Origin: Anaeromyxobacter sp.
GTDB taxonomy: Bacteria > Myxococcota > Myxococcia > Myxococcales > Anaeromyxobacteraceae
Assembly (NCBI GenBank): GCA_049840735.1
Contig: JASGJN010000019.1
Span: 18,169 to 82,168, forward strand
Direction: 5' to 3'
DNA length: 64,000 nt
The notes beneath the pieces are model-generated. The model was given only the letters and a program-made list of their open reading frames with translations. It was not told the DNA's origin and searched no databases. The position numbers and the translations under genes were made by a program. Below, in pieces: positions 60,217 to 64,000 of this stretch. Position 1 is the first letter of the stretch. The number at the start of each line of letters is the position of its first letter.

Positions 60217-61436
60217 TCCGCACCCCGCGCCGCTCCCTGCTCACCCTCGTGCTCGCCCTCGCCGCCGCCGTGATCCTGGCGCTGCCGCTGGCGCCGCACG
60301 CCGACGACGCGGTCCCCGCCGCGCCACCGCCGGCGCCCGCGCCCGCGCCCGCGACCCCGCCGGACGCGCCGCCGCCTCCGCCGCCCGCGGCCACCGGCCC
60401 GACGCTCTCCAGCTACGCCGAGATCAACTTCAACCGGCCGCGCAACCGCTCCGAGGCCACCATCGACCTGCGCCGGTTCGTGCTGGGCTACGCCCACCGC
60501 TTCAGCGAGACCACCCGCGTGGTGGCCGAGCTCGAGGTGGAGCACGCGGTCACCTCCGCCGACGACGCGGGCGAGGTGGCGATGGAGCAGGCGTACGTCG
60601 AGCACCAGTTCTCGCCCACCTGGGCGGGCCGGGCCGGCCTGGTGCTGATGCCGCTGGGGTTCATCAACGAGAGCCACGAGCCGACCGCCTACTTCGGCGT
60701 GGAGCGGAACTTCGTGGAGCAGGCCATCATCCCGACCACCTGGCGCGAGGGGGCGGTGCAGGCCATCGCCGCCTTCGGGAGCGGGCTCACCGTGCAGGGC
60801 GGCGTCGCCACCAGCTTCGACCTGTCCGCCTGGGACGCCACCTCGACCGACGGCGCCGAGTCGCCGCTGGGCTCCATCCACCAGGAGCTGATGATCGCCA
60901 AGGCCGGCTCGCTCTCCGGCTTCCTGGCGGTGGACTGGCGCGGCGTGCCGGGGCTCCGGCTCGGGGCCGCGGCGTACGGCGGCAACGCCACCCACGGCCA
61001 GCCCAACGTGCCCAAGGCCGGGGTGCTGCTCTGGGACGCGCACGCCCGCTGGACCCCGGGCCGCTTCGACCTCTCCGCCGTCTACGCCATGGGCGCCATC
61101 TCCAACACCGCCGAGCTCAACGCCACCCTGATCGGCAACCCGACGCTGGTGCCGGAGCGGTTCGACGGCTGGTACGGCCAGGCCGGCTACAAGCTCTGGG
61201 CCTCCGGGGACATGGCGCTCTGGCCCTTCGTCCGCTACGAGCAGTTCAACACCGGCCGCAGCTACGCCGACCTGGGCGACGGCCTCACCCCGGCCGCGCG
61301 CCCGACCGAGGCGGTGCTGACGCTGGGCGCCAACTACGAGCTGACCCGCGGCGTGGTGGTGAAGGTGGACGTGCAGAAGTTCCGCGAGGACGACGACCGG
61401 AGCCGGTTCGACGTCGGCCTGGGCTGGAGCCTCTGA
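60213..61436 (+). CDS. putative outer-membrane beta-barrel (porin-like) protein
   Basis: The ATG overlaps the upstream stop (ATGA). A signal peptide and a Pro/Ala linker are followed by an alternating hydrophobic pattern throughout (FVLGYAHRF, VVAELEVEH, LTLGANYEL, VVVKVDVQ). Confidence 0.45.
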   Translation: MIRTPRRSLLTLVLALAAAVILALPLAPHADDAVPAAPPPAPAPAPATPPDAPPPPPPAATGPTLSSYAEINFNRPRNRSEATIDLRRFVLGYAHRFSETTRVVAELEVEHAVTSADDAGEVAMEQAYVEHQFSPTWAGRAGLVLMPLGFINESHEPTAYFGVERNFVEQAIIPTTWREGAVQAIAAFGSGLTVQGGVATSFDLSAWDATSTDGAESPLGSIHQELMIAKAGSLSGFLAVDWRGVPGLRLGAAAYGGNATHGQPNVPKAGVLLWDAHARWTPGRFDLSAVYAMGAISNTAELNATLIGNPTLVPERFDGWYGQAGYKLWASGDMALWPFVRYEQFNTGRSYADLGDGLTPAARPTEAVLTLGANYELTRGVVVKVDVQKFREDDDRSRFDVGLGWSL

Positions 61437-61996
61437 TGCGGCGGCCGTCGGGCCTGGTCTTCGCGCTGGCGGCGCCGGCGGCGCTGCTCGCGCCGGCGCA
61501 CGCCTACGGCGTGGAGTACCAGACCGCGGACCAGGCCCAGCGGGCGCTCTTCCCGGAGGCGGACGCGTTCGAGGAGAAGCTCGTGGCCGTGGACGCGGGG
61601 CTGCGCGCCACGCTGGAGGCCAGGCTGGGCGGCCCGCTGCGCGCCGAGCGCTGGCGCGTGCGGGTGGCGCGCAGGCAGGGCGCGGCGGTGGGCGTGGTGG
61701 TGGTGGACGACGTGATCGGCAAGTTCGACTGGATCACCTACGCCGCCGCGCTGGGCGCCGACGGCGCGGTGCGCGGGGTGGAGATCCTGGCCTACCGCGA
61801 GAGCCACGGCGGCGAGGTGCGGCTGCCGCGCTGGCGCAAGCAGTTCCAGGGCAAGACCGCCGCGGCGCCGCTGCGGGTGGGCGAGGACATCGCCAACATC
61901 AGCGGCGCCACGCTCTCGGCCCAGCACGTCACCGACGGCGTGCGCCGCATCGTGGTCACGGTGGCGGCGCTGCGGCAGGCGGGGGCGCTGCCGTGA
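61436..61996 (+). CDS. secreted FMN-binding-domain protein (flavinylation substrate type)
   Basis: A signal peptide is present. EDIANISGATLSAQHV matches the D..(S/T)GA(T/S) flavinylation motif of FMN_bind domains. Confidence 0.65.
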   Translation: MRRPSGLVFALAAPAALLAPAHAYGVEYQTADQAQRALFPEADAFEEKLVAVDAGLRATLEARLGGPLRAERWRVRVARRQGAAVGVVVVDDVIGKFDWITYAAALGADGAVRGVEILAYRESHGGEVRLPRWRKQFQGKTAAAPLRVGEDIANISGATLSAQHVTDGVRRIVVTVAALRQAGALP

Positions 61997-62829
61997 GGCG
62001 GGCGGCGGTGCCGCACCTGTACACGCTGGCGCTGCCGGCGGGCCCACGCCCGCGCGCGCTGGAGCCTTCCGCCCCGCTCCGCCGCGCCCGCCCCGCGCTG
62101 GGCACGCTGGTGGAGCTGGGCTATCGCCCCGGCGCCGGCCGGGCCGGGGCCGCCGAGGCGGCGCTGGGCGCGGCCTGGCGCGCCATCGCCGAGGTGGAGC
62201 GCGCGCTCTCGCGCTTCGACCCCGCCAGCGAGCTCTCCCGCTTCAACGCCGCGCCGGCTGGCGCGGTCCTGCCCATCGGCGCGGACGCCGCCACCGTGCT
62301 GCGCGCCGCGGCCCACCTCCAGCGCGAGAGCGGTGGGCTCTTCGACGTGTCGCTGGGCACCGGCCCGCGCGCCTGGGCGGTCGAGGCCGCCCCGCGCGGC
62401 GACCACCTGATCAAGCGGACCTCCGAGGTCCGGCTCGACCTGGGCGGCATCGCCAAGGGGCACGCCGTCGACCGGGCCTTCGAGGTGCTCTCGGCCCACG
62501 CAGGCCCGGACGGCGCCTGCTGGGTCAACGCGGGCGGTGATCTCCGCGTGCGCGGCGCGTGCCTCCCGGTGGAGCTGCGGGACGAGCAGGGCGGTGGCAC
62601 CTGGCCCTGGCTGGTGCTGGAGGACGGCGCGCTGGCCACCAGCCACCTCGCCCCCGGCGCGCGCTCGGCGCTGGCCGGCGGTCCGCCCGTGGCGCCGTGG
62701 GTGAGCGTCCTCGCCCCGCGCGGCCTGTGGGCCGACGCGCTCACCAAGGTGGTGGCGGCCACCGGCGAGGCGGAGCACCCGCTGCTCGTGGCCCTGGGCG
62801 CCTGCGCCTGGATCCACGGGGCGCGCTGA
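61993..62829 (+). CDS. apbE: FAD:protein FMN transferase ApbE
   Basis: The GTG overlaps the upstream stop. It carries LSRFDPASELSRFN, GGLFDVS, DLGGIAKGHAVD, VNAGGDL and ADALTK. Confidence 0.8.
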   Translation: MRRAAVPHLYTLALPAGPRPRALEPSAPLRRARPALGTLVELGYRPGAGRAGAAEAALGAAWRAIAEVERALSRFDPASELSRFNAAPAGAVLPIGADAATVLRAAAHLQRESGGLFDVSLGTGPRAWAVEAAPRGDHLIKRTSEVRLDLGGIAKGHAVDRAFEVLSAHAGPDGACWVNAGGDLRVRGACLPVELRDEQGGGTWPWLVLEDGALATSHLAPGARSALAGGPPVAPWVSVLAPRGLWADALTKVVAATGEAEHPLLVALGACAWIHGAR

Positions 62830-62831
62830 GC

Positions 62832-63794
62832 TCACCGCCGCGGGAAGGCGCGCTCGACCGCGTCGGCCGGCGCCAGCCCGCGGCGGGCGGCGTCGCGGGC
62901 CGCCTCGGCGGGATCGTCGAACCGGACCAGCCCGTCGTAGCGCGCGGCCGGCTCGGCCAGCGCCGTGGCCCGGCGCACGTAGGCGGCCAGCACGCGGCCG
63001 GGGTGGGCGCGGGAGAAGGCGGAGAAGATCTCCGGGTCGTGCTCGCCGGAGTCGCCCACCAGCACGAACGGCTGCGTGAACCGCTCCGCCAGCCGCGCCA
63101 GCACCGGCTCCTTGTAGCCGGAGAGCGTGCCCGGCCCGAGGTTGCGCAGGTAGAGCGACGCCGGCGGGAACCCGTGGCGCGCCAGGAAGCGGCGGATGCG
63201 CCGGGTGAGCTGCACCGGCGAGCCGGACACGATGGCGAGCGGCGGCGCGGGCTGGGCGGCGGACAGGCAGCGGTAGAAGGCGGCCATCCCCTCCACCACC
63301 GGCTGGGTCCGCGCGTCGAGCAGGAAGACCGTGCGGAGCATGGCGCGCAGGCTGGTGACGTGGGTGTGGGCCAGCGTGTCGTCCAGGTCGGAGACCAGCA
63401 GGAACGGCGCCTCGGGCGGCACCACCCGCACCACCGCCACGCCGCTCGCGCCCGGCACCGAGACCCGCGCCTGGAGCGGCCCCGCCGGGAAGGGCTGCCC
63501 GGGCGGCGCCGGGATGGCCACCTCGAACTCGCCGTCGTGGCCGGAGCGGGCCGTCACCGTCTGGCCCAGCAGCGTCACCTCCACCGGCGCGTCCTCCCAG
63601 TTGCGCGCCGCCAGCGTGCGGGTGGTGCGCAGGTAGGCCGGCCCGTGCCGCCCCTGGCGCTCGCGCTGGACGCGGCCGAAGACCCAGGCCAGGTCCGGCC
63701 GGGCCAGCGAGGGCGGGAGGATCAGCGCCGGGCCGTCGCGGAGGACCGCGCTGCGGAGCGAGGCGAGGAAGGCGGCGAGGGGAGCGGGGGGCAC
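62832..63794 (-). CDS. App1/DUF2183-family (phosphatidate-phosphatase-like, HAD-type) protein
   Basis: It carries LLVSDLDDTL, IVSGSPVQL, GFPPASLYLR and VLVGDSGEHDPEIF. Confidence 0.7.
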   Translation of the reverse strand: MPPAPLAAFLASLRSAVLRDGPALILPPSLARPDLAWVFGRVQRERQGRHGPAYLRTTRTLAARNWEDAPVEVTLLGQTVTARSGHDGEFEVAIPAPPGQPFPAGPLQARVSVPGASGVAVVRVVPPEAPFLLVSDLDDTLAHTHVTSLRAMLRTVFLLDARTQPVVEGMAAFYRCLSAAQPAPPLAIVSGSPVQLTRRIRRFLARHGFPPASLYLRNLGPGTLSGYKEPVLARLAERFTQPFVLVGDSGEHDPEIFSAFSRAHPGRVLAAYVRRATALAEPAARYDGLVRFDDPAEAARDAARRGLAPADAVERAFPRR

Positions 63795-63841
63795 GGGGCC
63801 GGGATTGTACGCGGAGCGGCGCCGGGACGGACCCTGAAGCG

Positions 63842-63871
63842 CCGCGCGCGGCCTCGAGGGGCCGCGCGCGG
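63842..63871 (-). terminator. GC-rich 12-bp perfect hairpin downstream of the OmpA-like gene (no U-tract)
   Basis: The arms are ccgcgcgcggcc (63842-63853) and ggccgcgcgcgg (63860-63871), with loop tcgagg. Confidence 0.3.
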
Positions 63872-63894
63872 ATGCTGCCAGGGATGCGCCGTGG

Positions 63895-64000
63895 CTAGGT
63901 CGCGTTCGGCACGTCGATGTGCAGCTCGACGCGGCGGTTCTTGGAGCGGCCGGAGGAGGTGCCGTTGTCGGCGACCGGCTTCACCTCGCCCATGCCCAGC
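63895..64000 (-). CDS. OmpA-family peptidoglycan-binding protein, C-terminal end only (runs out of the window)
   Basis: The minus strand reads LGMGEVKPVADNGTSSGRSKNRRVELHIDVPNAT*. The GR..NRRVE motif is OmpA_C-like. Confidence 0.6.
   Translation of the reverse strand, partial: LGMGEVKPVADNGTSSGRSKNRRVELHIDVPNAT

Noticed and set aside
58734-61043. 769-aa minus-strand ORF.
   Set aside because: It lies antisense to the cytochrome c peroxidase and beta-barrel genes. It is a shadow ORF.

Overview
The window is very GC-rich and reads as two compositionally different blocks.

Block 1 (1 to ~7.2 kb) has visibly lower GC and many A/T-ending codons. It carries housekeeping-type genes: an ECF sigma factor, a YkgJ-like protein, an RlmI-like methyltransferase and zwf-opcA.

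Block 2 (~7.2-64 kb) looks like Myxococcota, possibly Anaeromyxobacter-like; this is inferred from composition and gene content. It starts inside tssC and holds a partial type VI secretion (T6SS) locus:
- tssC fragment, hcp, tssE, tssF, tssG
- a spike-decoration set: DUF2169, a DUF4150 PAAR-like protein and a small gp5/VgrG-like protein
- a ~20-kb effector/immunity island
- further downstream, an FHA-lytic transglycosylase fusion, clpV and tagH

The island is the most interesting part.
- It holds two paralogous cassettes with the order: beta-ketoacyl-synthase (KS)/thiolase-like protein lacking its catalytic residues, then an ATGA-coupled AHH (HNH/EndoVII) nuclease toxin, then Imm11, then helical immunity paralogues.
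- The two cassettes are separated by an operon encoding a kinase-STAND protein, a PEGA protein, a Cys-rich lipoprotein and an RCC1 lipoprotein.
- They are followed by a zone of orphan immunity genes and toxin and lipoprotein gene remnants with visible recombination scars.

Other content:
- a ~2-kb tandem array of a 217-bp composite REP/BIME-like unit
- solitary copies of the same palindromic element, one of them in frame inside a CDS
- a 19-bp microsatellite
- nuoEF directly joined to nuoJK
- plsY
- an operon of di-haem peroxidase, beta-barrel protein, FMN-binding protein and ApbE

I recognised no rRNA, tRNA, CRISPR array, transposase or integrase.

About 30 reading-frame breaks are scattered through otherwise clearly recognisable genes, including zwf, the HU gene and clpV. 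The sequence therefore probably carries indel errors. Coordinates for those genes are span-level only.
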